Assembly: GCA_030539155.1 (NCBI GenBank)
Contig: JAUNSP010000003.1
Span: forward strand, 1 to 42,298
Length of the DNA: 42,298 bases
DNA from: Clostridia bacterium
Lineage (GTDB): Bacteria > Bacillota > Clostridia > TANB77 > CAG-508
Direction of reading: 5' to 3'
Positions within the stretch are counted from its first letter, which is position 1. The number at the start of each line of letters is the position of its first letter. Of this stretch, positions 9,343 to 20,143 are shown piece by piece. The notes under the pieces were generated by a model. That model was not told where the DNA came from and did not search any database. It saw only the letters and a program-made list of their open reading frames with translations. The position numbers and the translations under genes are program-made.

Positions 9343-10287
9343 TTATATAACCTTTTCAAAAAATATTTTTTTCGATTTTATTGTAACTTTTATATGTTTT
9401 TTTGGTGTCAAAAATTTATTGCCAATATTATTTCCACATAATTTTATAATATCATTCACATGTATTTTTTCTATATCTTTTGCGCTTCCCACTAGTTTAC
9501 TAATAGTATATAGCACTAACCTTTTTTTTATTACATTATCTAATACATTAAATTTTTTTAAATTCAAACTAATACTATAATTATTTTCTTCAACTAATAC
9601 TTCATTAAAAGCTTTTACAACCTGCCTATCAACATAATCATTGTCGTCAGTTGCTAAATCTGAAAGCTTATTTATAGCCTCCATTATATTTGGATTAAAT
9701 TCTTTTTCTAAAAATGGTATTAATAAGTTTCTTACCTTATTTCTAGTATAAACATTTTCATTATTAGTTTTATCAAACTTAGGTTCTAATTTATTATCCT
9801 CACAATATTTTTCAATTTTACTCCTTTTAATATTAATTAGTGGCCTAATTATTTTGCCATTTCTGATAGGTCCAATCCCCTTTAATCCTGAAACCCCACT
9901 TCCCCTAATTATATTCATTAAAACAGTTTCTACATTATCATTTTGATTATGAGCAGTGGCTATCCTTTTTGCGTCCTCTTTATAAAAAATTTCCTCAAAG
10001 AATTTATATCTCTCTACTCTACCTGCCTCTTCATCACTAATTTTATATTTCTGAGCAATCTTTTTCACATCAATATATTTAATATAACACTTTATTCCCT
10101 TTTTATCGCAGAATTCTTTAACATATGAGGTCTCTTTTTCTGCTTCCTCCCTAATCATATGATTAACATGGGCAACCACTATATTTATACCTAATCTGTT
10201 CCTTAAATTATATAAAATATTTAATAAACACATCGAATCTGGTCCCCCAGAAACACCTACAATTATAGTATCTTCATTAAAAATCAA
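9343..10287 (-). CDS. tilS: tRNA(Ile)-lysidine synthase, short form (about 314 aa as tracked; the N-terminus is probably longer)
   Basis: PP-loop motif VGVSGGPDS near the N-terminus. The tracked start is a TTG, and the in-frame upstream codons ILEDEVLDVIKRYD read like genuine TilS sequence (see findings). Confidence 0.85.
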   Translation of the reverse strand: MIFNEDTIIVGVSGGPDSMCLLNILYNLRNRLGINIVVAHVNHMIREEAEKETSYVKEFCDKKGIKCYIKYIDVKKIAQKYKISDEEAGRVERYKFFEEIFYKEDAKRIATAHNQNDNVETVLMNIIRGSGVSGLKGIGPIRNGKIIRPLINIKRSKIEKYCEDNKLEPKFDKTNNENVYTRNKVRNLLIPFLEKEFNPNIMEAINKLSDLATDDNDYVDRQVVKAFNEVLVEENNYSISLNLKKFNVLDNVIKKRLVLYTISKLVGSAKDIEKIHVNDIIKLCGNNIGNKFLTPKKHIKVTIKSKKIFFEKVI

Positions 10288-10348
10288 ATCATACCTTTTT
10301 ATTACATCTAATACTTCATCTTCTAAAATACAGCATCACCCATCTTTC

Positions 10349-11674
10349 TTAATTTTGTAAATTCACAAATTTTGTGTAATTAGCAAGCCATAGCAATTCC
10401 ACAGTTCCAATCGAACCAGACCTATTTTTTGCCATAATCACCTCTGCGATATTTTTCTTTTCACTATCTTTGTCGTAATAATCGTCTCTATATAAAAACA
10501 TTACAACATCTGCATCTTGCTCTATTGAACCAGACTCACGAAGATCCGAAAGCATAGGTCTATGGTCTGGTCTTTGTTCTGGTGCTCTTGACAATTGTGC
10601 CAACGCTACAACTGGAATAGATAATTCCTTTGCCAATATTTTAAGAGACCTACTTATTTCTGCTATCTCTTGTTCACGGTTTCCCATAACTCTTCTGCTA
10701 CTACCTTGTACTAATTGAAGGTAGTCAATAATAATCATTCCAATATTTTTTTCTAATTTTAACTTTCTACTTTTTGCCCTAATTTCATTTATAGTTATTC
10801 CTGGTGTATCATCAATATAAATATTATTTACCTCTGACAATTCACCAGATGCGTTTGTTAGTTTTATCCAATCCTCATCTTCAACTCTTCCGGTTCGAAT
10901 TTTATTGCTATCTACCATAGATTCGCTACTCCAAATTCTATTAACCATTTGTGATTTTGACATTTCTAAGCTGAATATTAATATAGGTACTTGTTCTTTT
11001 AGAGCTGCATTTGTAGCAATATTAAGTGCAAATGCAGTTTTTCCCATAGAGGGTCTGGCTGCAACAAGTATTAATTCAGACTCATGAAATCCTGATGTTT
11101 TGTTATCCAAATCTATAAAACCTGTAGACACACCAGTTATAGTTTTCTTTTGATTATATAAAGCCTCTAGTTCTACGAAAGATTCTACTAAAATATCTTT
11201 TATTGGAGAATACCCTTGCTGATTTCTTCCTTGCATTATATTGAAAATCTTTTTTTCAGCATTTTCTAAAGTATCTTCTATACTCTGTGTTTCATCGTAC
11301 CCTAAACTAATTAATTCGTTTGACGTTTTTATTAAATTTCTAACAACTGATTTTTCTTCTACTATTTTTATATATCTCAACACATTAGTTGTTGTAGGAA
11401 CCCTATCTTGTAGTTGTACTAAATATTCTAATCCTCCAACAGATTCAAATTTTCCAAGCGAAACTAATTCCGCTTTTAATGTTATAATGTCTATCGGTTC
11501 AGCCCTATTATATAAATTCATTATAGCTATATATATATTCTTATTGTCTTCTCGATAAAAGTCATCTGGTTCGATTTTTCCAATAGCTGAAATTACTGCA
11601 TCTTTATCTGTTAACATACTACCTAATACTGCTTGTTCCGCTTCTATATCATGTGGTGGTACTCTTCCCTCCAT
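10349..11674 (-). CDS. dnaB: Replicative DNA helicase DnaB
   Basis: N-terminal PPHDIEAEQAVLGSML, Walker A ARPSMGKT, and IIIDYLQL. The ATG is preceded by GAGGAGGG. Confidence 0.95.
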   Translation of the reverse strand: MEGRVPPHDIEAEQAVLGSMLTDKDAVISAIGKIEPDDFYREDNKNIYIAIMNLYNRAEPIDIITLKAELVSLGKFESVGGLEYLVQLQDRVPTTTNVLRYIKIVEEKSVVRNLIKTSNELISLGYDETQSIEDTLENAEKKIFNIMQGRNQQGYSPIKDILVESFVELEALYNQKKTITGVSTGFIDLDNKTSGFHESELILVAARPSMGKTAFALNIATNAALKEQVPILIFSLEMSKSQMVNRIWSSESMVDSNKIRTGRVEDEDWIKLTNASGELSEVNNIYIDDTPGITINEIRAKSRKLKLEKNIGMIIIDYLQLVQGSSRRVMGNREQEIAEISRSLKILAKELSIPVVALAQLSRAPEQRPDHRPMLSDLRESGSIEQDADVVMFLYRDDYYDKDSEKKNIAEVIMAKNRSGSIGTVELLWLANYTKFVNLQN

Positions 11675-11726
11675 TACATTTTGCCCTCCTCTTTTTATAC
11701 TTAGAGTTTCTATTTTTAAATTTCTA

Positions 11727-12173
11727 TTATATGCTTGAAATTTTAACTTTAAGTGTTCCTACCACACCTTCATATAATTTTACTTTTACATCGACAACTC
11801 CTAAATTTTTTATTGAATTATCAAGCATAATCTTTTTCTTATCTATGTGCATAGAATACTGTTTCTCTAAATTTTCTGCAATTTGACTGGATGTAACTCC
11901 TCCAAATATTCTACCATTTTGTCCACTCTTAACTTTTATTTCTAAATTTATTTCCTTAAATCTCTTTGCTATTTCTTTCGCTTCTTCTTTTTCCTTATCC
12001 TTTTTTCTTTGTATAACTTCCTTTTTTGCATTTAATTTGCCCATATTACCAGCATTTGCTTCTAATGCCATTTTTCTAGGAAATAAAAAATTCCTAGCAT
12101 AACCATCGGCTGCCTCTATAACTTGATCTTTCTTACCTACTCCCTTGATATCTTGTAATAGAATTACTTTCAA
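11727..12173 (-). CDS. rplI: 50S ribosomal protein L9
   Basis: KVILLQDIKGVGKKDQVIEAADGYARNFLFP is the classic L9 N-terminus. I moved the start to the TTG at 12173 (MKVILL), about 6 nt after AGAGGTG. The tracked GTG at 12182 directly abuts the RBS. Confidence 0.9.
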   Translation of the reverse strand: MKVILLQDIKGVGKKDQVIEAADGYARNFLFPRKMALEANAGNMGKLNAKKEVIQRKKDKEKEEAKEIAKRFKEINLEIKVKSGQNGRIFGGVTSSQIAENLEKQYSMHIDKKKIMLDNSIKNLGVVDVKVKLYEGVVGTLKVKISSI

Positions 12174-12213
12174 ATCATCCACCTCTTTCTAATTATTATG
12201 CCTCTTTTATTCT

Positions 12214-12909
12214 TTATTTTTTTCTTATTAAAATAATTGGAGTTAATTGTTTTGATTGCCCTGCTGGATTATCCTTAATAACCTTCCTTAAGAATTCTAT
12301 ATCCTCGTCTAATTCTCTTGATTTACCGTATATTTCCACATTTAGGTCATTTGCATCTACTATCATTGCCTTAATTCCTAATTTATCGTATATTTCTTGG
12401 CAAACTTCGTCGGTTTTCTCTGGAATTCTTATTCCAAATTCTCCATAATCTTCAAATACCTTATTATAAAAACCATCTAACCCTGATACCTCTTGACCAA
12501 CAATCCTATAAAAAGTTCCTCTTATACCAAATAACTTTGTAATTCCAGAAGCTATTGCCGCATAAATTACTTTTAATTTTCCACAAATATTTATTGCAAA
12601 TTGCATCTTATATGGAGAATCCACTCCTACCCCTGCATCTGTTCTCATAGCAAATTTTGATAAAAAATTTGCTAACTTTGATACCTTTATATCCTTTTTG
12701 TACACTACTCTCTCTTGACAAAGGGATACTATCTTCTCACTAATAGATATAAAATCTCCTTCTTGATAGACTGGTGATACATACTTTTCTATTATATCTA
12801 AAAAATTCTCTCCAATTTGAACAAAGTGAGTCTTTATTGCATATCTATCATATTTATTCCCATCAACTTCTATTTCCACTTTTTTATTTTCATTCGCTTT
12901 TAATTCCAT
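12214..12909 (-). CDS. CofE-like (F420-0:gamma-glutamyl ligase fold, PF01996-type) protein of unknown role
   Basis: Family-like pattern read by eye: EGDFISISEKIVS..QER, DAGVGVD, MIVDAND, and a C-terminal NPAGQSKQLTPIILIRK that matches the Gly-rich ..TP..(V/I)R end of CofE. Confidence 0.5.
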   Translation of the reverse strand: MELKANENKKVEIEVDGNKYDRYAIKTHFVQIGENFLDIIEKYVSPVYQEGDFISISEKIVSLCQERVVYKKDIKVSKLANFLSKFAMRTDAGVGVDSPYKMQFAINICGKLKVIYAAIASGITKLFGIRGTFYRIVGQEVSGLDGFYNKVFEDYGEFGIRIPEKTDEVCQEIYDKLGIKAMIVDANDLNVEIYGKSRELDEDIEFLRKVIKDNPAGQSKQLTPIILIRKK

Positions 12910-13008
12910 AAAGCATACCTTCTTTCTTTTTTTATTACTTTCTAATTATATATTATTTCTCTAAAAAAATAAATAGTTTTATTACTTTTTTTCTTAAAAA
13001 GATTACGC

Positions 13009-15703
13009 TCAAAAATCATTTATTTTAAATAATTTAAATAGTTCTACAACGACAATTGGTGCAAATATTAACCCTATCATCTCATAGATATGACGAATAG
13101 ACAATTTTGCAACACTAAATATACTTCTAAACTGAGGAACTATCGTTACAACTAATAATAGAGTAGCTGACCCTAATACCGCAAAAAGTAATTTTTTATT
13201 ATTAAATATAGGTGTTTTAAATATAGATATCTTATTGTTCCTAATATTATAAACATGTACAAGTTCTGACAATGCAAGTACTATAAAAGCCATAGATTGT
13301 CCAATATTTATATGATTCACCTCTGATAAATTCTCTTCTCCAGAAAGCCCAACTAAAAATGCAACAAGCGTTATTATTCCTATCATTACTCCTTGATACA
13401 CTATTCTCCAAGACATCGCCTTAGTAAATACTCCGACCTTTTTGCTCTAAAGGTTTTCTCTTCATTATATCTTTCTCTGGCGGGTCAACAGCAAGCGCTA
13501 ATGCTGGAAGTGAATCAGTTACAAGATTTACCCATAAAATATGGATTGCAAGCAACGGTGTTATTAAATTTATATCTATACCAAACTTTGTATTTATCCA
13601 CGGTGCAATTAACATAGCTATAAATAGTACTATAATCTCACCTACATTACTTGATAATAAAAATTGAATTGCCTTTAATATGTTGTCATATATTCTTCTT
13701 CCCTCTTCTACTGCCGATACAATAGTTGCAAAATTGTCGTCCGTTAAAATTACATCTGCAGCCTCCTTTGATACGTCCGTTCCAACAATCCCCATTGCAC
13801 ATCCTATATCCGCTGTTTTTAATGCAGGTGCATCATTTACACCATCTCCAGTCATTGCAACAATTTCTCCGTTAGCCTGCCATGCCTTAACTATTCTAAC
13901 TTTGTGCTCAGGCGAAACTCTCGCATATACTGAGTACTTTCTAACATTCTTAATTAACTCCTCATCCGTTATATTTTCTAAATCTGAACCAGTTATTGCC
14001 TCCTTTTCATCTACCAAAATACCTAACTGTTTAGCAATCGCAATTGCAGTTATTTTATGATCCCCAGTTATCATAACAGTTTTTATTCCTGCCGTTTTAC
14101 ATTTTTCTACTGCAAGTTTTACTTCCTCTCTCGGAGGATCTATCATTCCCACCATTCCGATATATGTAATATCTTCCTCTAAATTTTGCATTTCATCTTT
14201 TGATGGTATATGATCCATTTTTTTATAACCCATAGCAAGTACTCTTAATGCATTTTGTGCCATCTCACTATTAACTTCCTCTATTTTTTTCTTATAATCA
14301 GTAATATCTTTTTTTACTTCTCCGTTAATCAAATACGAATCACATTTTCTCAATAATTCATCTACTCCGCCTTTCGTATAAACAATATACTCATCTCCAA
14401 CTTTATTTACCGTAGTCATAAGCTTTCTTTCTGAATCGAAAGGAATTTCTTCTACTCTTGGGTACATAGTTAATTTTTCTGATTCAAATCCTAAAGTAAA
14501 TCCCATATCAATTAAAGCGGTTTCTGTAGGGTCCCCTGTTAATTCTTGATTTTTTCCTATTTTTGTATCATTACACATCATACTCGCATCTACTAATTTT
14601 ATCAATTCTAAATTTTTACTTTCGGATATATCACCTATATTAGATAGGTTATTATTATAAAAAAGTTTCTCAACGGCCATCTTATTTTGAGTTAAAGTCC
14701 CTGTCTTATCTGAACATATTACAGTTGTGCTACCAAGTGTCTCAACTGCTGGTAACTTTTTCACAATAGCATTTTTCTTTACCATTCTTTGAACCCCTAT
14801 AGCTAGAACTATAGTCGATACTGCTGCTAATCCTTCTGGGATTGCTGCAACGGCTAAGCTCACGGAAATCATAAACATATCAAATACACTTTTCCCATAT
14901 GATACTCCTATAAAGAAAATAAAAATGCAAATTGCAAGTGCCACTATTCCTAGTGTCTTTCCTAATTTATTTAATTTTTTTTGTAATGGAGCTTGCAATT
15001 CCTCTGTCTCGTCTATTATTTTTGCAATCTTACCAACTTCTGTGTTCATTCCTGTTCCAATTACAATGCCTTTTCCTCTACCATATGTTACTAAGCTAGA
15101 TAGAAAAGCCATATTATGCCTATCGCCAATTCCCACTTTTTCCGTAATTGTTTCTATACTTTTTTCAACAGGTAGTGACTCACCCGTAAGGGAAGCTTCC
15201 TGGATTTTTAAATTCACAGTTTCGAATAGTCTCAAATCAGCAGGTACATAATCGCCAGTTTCAAGGACTACTATGTCACCTGGTACAATCTGCTTTGAAT
15301 CTAATATTTCGATTTTACCATTACGTATAACCTTTGCCTTGTGGCTACTTAATTTTTTAAGGGCCTCCAAAGATTTTTCTGCCTTACTTTCCTGTGACAC
15401 ACCTATTATGGCATTTAAAACAACTACTACTAATATTATAATAGCATCTGTAAATCCTTCTCCCTCCATTACTCCAACTACTCCTGAAATAATTGCTGCA
15501 ACTATTAAAACAATTATCATAAAATCTTTAAATTGTTCTAAAAATCTAATTAATAAACTCTTTTTCTTTTTCCCTTTTAGTTCATTAAATCCAAATTTCT
15601 CTACTTTCTCTTTAACCTGCTCATCATTTAATCCATTCTCTGAATCACTGCAAAATTCTTCTTTAACCTCTTCAACTGACTTTAAAAAATAATCTATTTC
15701 CAT
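13009..15703 (-). pseudogene. P-type Ca2+/cation-transporting ATPase (P2A, YloB/SERCA-like) split by a 1-nt frameshift
   Basis: The 760-aa ORF carries [22 protein letters not shown] and PEGL. It stops at the TAA at 13421-13423, right after [13 protein letters not shown]. The next ORF (13009-13416) encodes the last TM helices in a different frame. That frame is open from 13446 and reads [16 protein letters not shown]. Confidence 0.85.
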
Positions 15704-15726
15704 ATAATCCTCCTTTAATCTACCTA

Positions 15727-16509
15727 CTAAACTTTACTTGTCCTTAAATATTCATATAGAATAACACTTGTAGCTACTGCAACATTTAAGCTCTCGGTTT
15801 TTCCTAACATTGGTATTTTTATATTTTGCTCCGACACATCCAAAATCTCTTTTGAAACACCTTTTGATTCATTCCCCATCACAATTGCAACCTTTTTATA
15901 CTCTACATCATAGATACTTTTTGATTCTTCAAGTGAAGTTGCACATATTTTAAACTTATGCCTTTTTATTTCCTTCAAAATCTCTATTATATTTTGACTT
16001 TGAATAACATTAACCCTAAATATTGCGCCCATCGTTGAACGTACTACCTTAGGATTGTAACAATCTACTGTTGTATTTGAAATTATTACTTGGGACAAAC
16101 CTACACTATCGATTGTTCTTAATATTGTACCTATATTGCCTGGATCTTGAACGTTATCAAGTATGACAATCACATCTTCGCTATAGTCTATTTGTTGTGT
16201 ATTTCTCTTTTCTATTATTGCTAATAATCCCTGTGGATTTTCAACACTTGATATAGATTTAAATACCTCTTTTGTAACATATAGACAATTAAATTTTGCA
16301 ATCTCATATAACAAACTTTTATCTAAAGTTCCATCAGTTGTGCAATCCTCACAAACAATAATATTTTTAACGCTAACTCCTTCTGTTATAGCCTCTTTTA
16401 CTAACTTTATTCCTTCAATAATGTACTTCTTTTCTTGGTTTCTATATTTCTTTTCCCTTAACTTTCTTATCTGCCTTATTTGTTCATTATCCTTACTTGA
16501 AATAACCAT
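15727..16509 (-). CDS. TrmH/SpoU-family RNA 2'-O-methyltransferase
   Basis: N-terminal L30e-like substrate-binding region, then SpoU motifs [29 protein letters not shown] and [15 protein letters not shown]. Confidence 0.8.
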   Translation of the reverse strand: MVISSKDNEQIRQIRKLREKKYRNQEKKYIIEGIKLVKEAITEGVSVKNIIVCEDCTTDGTLDKSLLYEIAKFNCLYVTKEVFKSISSVENPQGLLAIIEKRNTQQIDYSEDVIVILDNVQDPGNIGTILRTIDSVGLSQVIISNTTVDCYNPKVVRSTMGAIFRVNVIQSQNIIEILKEIKRHKFKICATSLEESKSIYDVEYKKVAIVMGNESKGVSKEILDVSEQNIKIPMLGKTESLNVAVATSVILYEYLRTSKV

Positions 16510-16528
16510 ATTTAACCGTCCCTTTCTT

Positions 16529-19500
16529 TTATTGTAATTCCTTTAAAAAATCTTTAATATCCTTAACAACACATCTATCCTTTGCACTCTCAATCTTATA
16601 TACAATCCTAGCAGGCTCTTCATTGATAAAACTAATATTATTTCTATATTTCTTTAATAACTTCTCTATAAATTCTGCTTTAAAATTTTCCTTTAACATA
16701 TAAAAGTTTATATTGTTGCGTTTTTGTATAATTCTTAATATATTTGCATTTTTACCCAATTGTTTTATTCTTGCTATTTCTATCAAATTCTCCGCTTCTT
16801 CTGGAATTTTTCCATATCGGTCAATCATCTCATCAATTACATTTTTTATATCATCTTCATTTTTACATAATGCTATATTTTGATACATCTCAATTTTTTG
16901 CCCACTATTTGATATGTAACTATCGGGGATATAACTTGAAACATTTAAGTCTATTTGGATTTCTTTCTCCGGTTCAATCTCTATTCCCTGCATTTCTTTT
17001 ATAACTTCATCTAAAAGTTCACAATACGTATCATACCCAACTTCTTCCATATGACCTGATTGAATTTCTCCAAGTAAACTTCCAGCCCCTCTTATCTCTA
17101 AATCTCTCATAGCAATCTTATATCCTGAGCCAAATTCTGTAAATTCTTTTATTGCCTTTAATCTTTTTTCAGCGACCTCTGTTATCATCTTGTCCCTTTT
17201 ATAAGTAACATACGCATAAGCCTGTTTGTCAGATCTACCAACCCTACCCCTTATTTGGTATAATTGAGCTAGACCCAATCTATCTGCATTTTCAACTATA
17301 ATTGTATTTGCATTTGGAATATCTATACCAGATTCCAAAATTGTTGTGCACACAAGAACATCTATTTCCTTCAAAATAAATCTCTCCATAATATCTTCAA
17401 TTTCTCTACCCGTCATTCTTCCGTGTGCAAATGAAACCTTTGCTTCTGGAACTAATTTCTTTATTTCATTTCTCTTCTGTTCAATATTTTCTACATTATT
17501 AAATAAATAAAATACTTGACCCCTTCTTTCTAACTCTTTTACTATTGCCTCTCTTATTACTTCCTCATCGTATTCTAATACATAAGTTTGAACTGGTAAC
17601 CTATTATTAGGTGGTTCATATATTACAGACATATCCCTAATACCAACTATTGACATATGCATTGTTCTAGGTATTGGAGTTGCAGACATTGATAAAACAT
17701 CTATATTACTCCTTAATTGTTTTATTTTTTCCTTATCCCTTACCCCAAATCTATGCTCCTCATCAATTATAAGTAATCCTAAATTTTTGAAGGTAACATT
17801 TTTACCAAGTAGACTATGTGTTCCAACCACTACATCAACCTGTCCTAATGTCATCCTTTTTAATGTTTCCCTCTTTTGTTTTTCTGTTCTAAATCTATTT
17901 AATAACTCAACCTTTATTCCGTATTTTTCCATTCTTGATTTAAAGAACTCATATTGTTGATTTGCAAGAATTGTTGTAGGAACTAGATATGCAACCTGCT
18001 TTCCATCCATAACCGTTTTAAATGCTGCCCTTATTGCAACTTCTGTTTTTCCATACCCAACATCTCCACATAATAATCTATCCATAGGTTTTTGATTTTC
18101 CATATCACTTTTAACCTCTTGTATACACCTCAATTGATCATCTGTTTCTTGATAAATAAAATCATCCTCAAATTGTTTTTGCCACTCTGTATCCTTTGAA
18201 AACATATAACCTTTCATTTTCTTTCTTTTTGCATACAATTCTATAAGTTCCTTTGCAACCTCTTGTAAGTTTCTTTTTACCCTAGCTTTAGTTTTTGTCC
18301 ATTCCTTCCCACCTAACTTATTTAATTTTAACTCTATATCTCCTCCACTAGAATATTTTCTTATATTATCCAAATCATTTGTAGGTATATATAAGATATC
18401 GTCATTTTTATACTTTATTTTAATATAATCCTTAGTGACGTTATCAGCTCTTAACGTGTTTACACCAATAAATTGACCTATCCCATAATTTTTATGAACT
18501 ACAAAATCCCCAACCTCTAAATCTGCAAAAACGATTTTTTCTCCTTTTTTAAATAGAGGACTAAGTTTTTTTCTTGCATTTACTTTTCCAAATATTTCTT
18601 CACTAGAAATAACCAATAAATCTGTTTCATTCGATTCAAAACCAGAAGATAGAGCCCCTATTGTTAACACAACTTCGCCTTTTTTTATTTTAAAATCTAA
18701 GCTATCCTCAAAATGACTTTGTATTTCTCTCTCGTCTAATAATTTTGAAAATTTTTCCGCTTCTATTTTACTACCTACGAGTATTATAATCCTCTTTTTT
18801 AGCTCGACCAACTCTCGGATTTCCCCTAATAATCTATCCAATTCACTTCTATAATATGTAAGTTCTTTAAAATTAAGGTTAAACATATTTGCACTTTTTA
18901 CTATTTTTTCTTTCTTATACTCCCATAAACCTGTATCTCTATTTTCTTCTGGATTATCTTGCCTTTCTAAATATATAGTCTGCTTCGTTGTATAATCATA
19001 ATCAAAATTACTCAAATTTTTAACTACATCCGGTATAATTCTTTGCCTATCAATAAGATTTTGTATTAGATTAGTACTATCCCTTTTTATATTTTCTTCT
19101 CTATGGAATACCTTCGACTTTTCATCTATAATGATAATATAATTATCATCCAAATAATCTAGAAAGTTATCTTGTATATTATAAAAGCTATTAAAATACT
19201 TATCTATCTTATTTAAGTATTCCCCTTGCCTTATTTTTTCAATATCCATAGCAATTTTTTCATCAATAGTCTTTTTATAGTCCCCTGGCAATTTTATCCC
19301 TTTAGGAACATTCAAATTAAATCTATTTTTTTCTATTTTTTCTGAAACTTTAATTAAACTTTCGTCTAAGATATATTCATGAGCAGGAAATATCGTTATT
19401 TCATTTATCATTTCATCTGAACGTTGGCTACCCATGTTAAAAGTTCTTATAGAATCAATTTCATCTCCCCAAAATTCAATTCTTAAGCCCTTTTCATTTT

Positions 19501-20050
19501 GCACTGAAACATCTATTATTCCGCCCCTTACACTAAACTGACCCCTAGCTTCAATTATATCCTTTCTGCCATAGCCTAGATTTATTAAATCTTGTTTCAA
19601 TTCATTTAAATTTTTTGTATTCCCAACTTTCAATCTTATTTTATTTCTGTATAATGCATCTTTAGGAATCATATTTTGCATTATAGCCTCTATTGTAGTT
19701 ATTATTAATTTACATTTACCATCATATATCTGATTTAATACATCAATTCTCGCAAACGCAATTTCCCTACTCTCTGACACATAATCATAAGAAACAATTT
19801 CCTTCTTTGGAAAGAAGATGAAGTTATCTGTAAAATTTTTCAAGTCTGAGATTATCTTTCTTGCCTGTATTTCATTATATGTTATTATACAGATAGGCTT
19901 ACTCGTCTCCTCCTTTATTGCTTGTATGATTATATTCTTCACCACATCGTTTAAGCCCGATATAATTATCGGACTTAATTTTTCCTTTATTCCTTTTATT
20001 ATTTCTTTAACTTTTTGTTGTTCTAAAAAATCATTTATAATTGTATTCAT
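16529..20050 (-). CDS. mfd: Transcription-repair coupling factor Mfd
   Basis: UvrB-homology N-terminus, CarD-like VGDFVVHKNYGIG, helicase motifs LLCGDVGYGKTE and DEEHRFG, and the TRG and C-terminal D7 regions. I trimmed the start to the ATG at 20050 (MNTIINDF). Confidence 0.93.
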   Translation of the reverse strand: MNTIINDFLEQQKVKEIIKGIKEKLSPIIISGLNDVVKNIIIQAIKEETSKPICIITYNEIQARKIISDLKNFTDNFIFFPKKEIVSYDYVSESREIAFARIDVLNQIYDGKCKLIITTIEAIMQNMIPKDALYRNKIRLKVGNTKNLNELKQDLINLGYGRKDIIEARGQFSVRGGIIDVSVQNEKGLRIEFWGDEIDSIRTFNMGSQRSDEMINEITIFPAHEYILDESLIKVSEKIEKNRFNLNVPKGIKLPGDYKKTIDEKIAMDIEKIRQGEYLNKIDKYFNSFYNIQDNFLDYLDDNYIIIIDEKSKVFHREENIKRDSTNLIQNLIDRQRIIPDVVKNLSNFDYDYTTKQTIYLERQDNPEENRDTGLWEYKKEKIVKSANMFNLNFKELTYYRSELDRLLGEIRELVELKKRIIILVGSKIEAEKFSKLLDEREIQSHFEDSLDFKIKKGEVVLTIGALSSGFESNETDLLVISSEEIFGKVNARKKLSPLFKKGEKIVFADLEVGDFVVHKNYGIGQFIGVNTLRADNVTKDYIKIKYKNDDILYIPTNDLDNIRKYSSGGDIELKLNKLGGKEWTKTKARVKRNLQEVAKELIELYAKRKKMKGYMFSKDTEWQKQFEDDFIYQETDDQLRCIQEVKSDMENQKPMDRLLCGDVGYGKTEVAIRAAFKTVMDGKQVAYLVPTTILANQQYEFFKSRMEKYGIKVELLNRFRTEKQKRETLKRMTLGQVDVVVGTHSLLGKNVTFKNLGLLIIDEEHRFGVRDKEKIKQLRSNIDVLSMSATPIPRTMHMSIVGIRDMSVIYEPPNNRLPVQTYVLEYDEEVIREAIVKELERRGQVFYLFNNVENIEQKRNEIKKLVPEAKVSFAHGRMTGREIEDIMERFILKEIDVLVCTTILESGIDIPNANTIIVENADRLGLAQLYQIRGRVGRSDKQAYAYVTYKRDKMITEVAEKRLKAIKEFTEFGSGYKIAMRDLEIRGAGSLLGEIQSGHMEEVGYDTYCELLDEVIKEMQGIEIEPEKEIQIDLNVSSYIPDSYISNSGQKIEMYQNIALCKNEDDIKNVIDEMIDRYGKIPEEAENLIEIARIKQLGKNANILRIIQKRNNINFYMLKENFKAEFIEKLLKKYRNNISFINEEPARIVYKIESAKDRCVVKDIKDFLKELQ

Positions 20051-20143
20051 GTTTACCCTTCTTTTCTTATTATATACTTTTACCAGATTTATCAACGTAT
20101 ATTTCCCAAGGAAATCTTTATACTAATCTATATGGAGGTTGCT

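Noticed and set aside
11655-11662. GGTGGTAC, which resembles the core of the T-box motif.
   Set aside because: It is on the plus strand inside the first codons of minus-strand dnaB. It has no surrounding specifier or antiterminator structure and no downstream plus-strand gene.
15727-16509. Two TrmH/SpoU methyltransferase genes (also at 35978-36727), considered as a possible duplication.
   Set aside because: Their sequences differ outside the generic SpoU motifs. Bacillota normally carry several distinct TrmH-family paralogues, so this is not a repeat.
20051-20095. A 15-codon N-terminal extension of mfd (MINLVKVYNKKRRVN).
   Set aside because: The ATG at 20050 (MNTIINDF) is the more plausible start. 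The extension would run into the divergent promoter and RBS region of the plus-strand gene.
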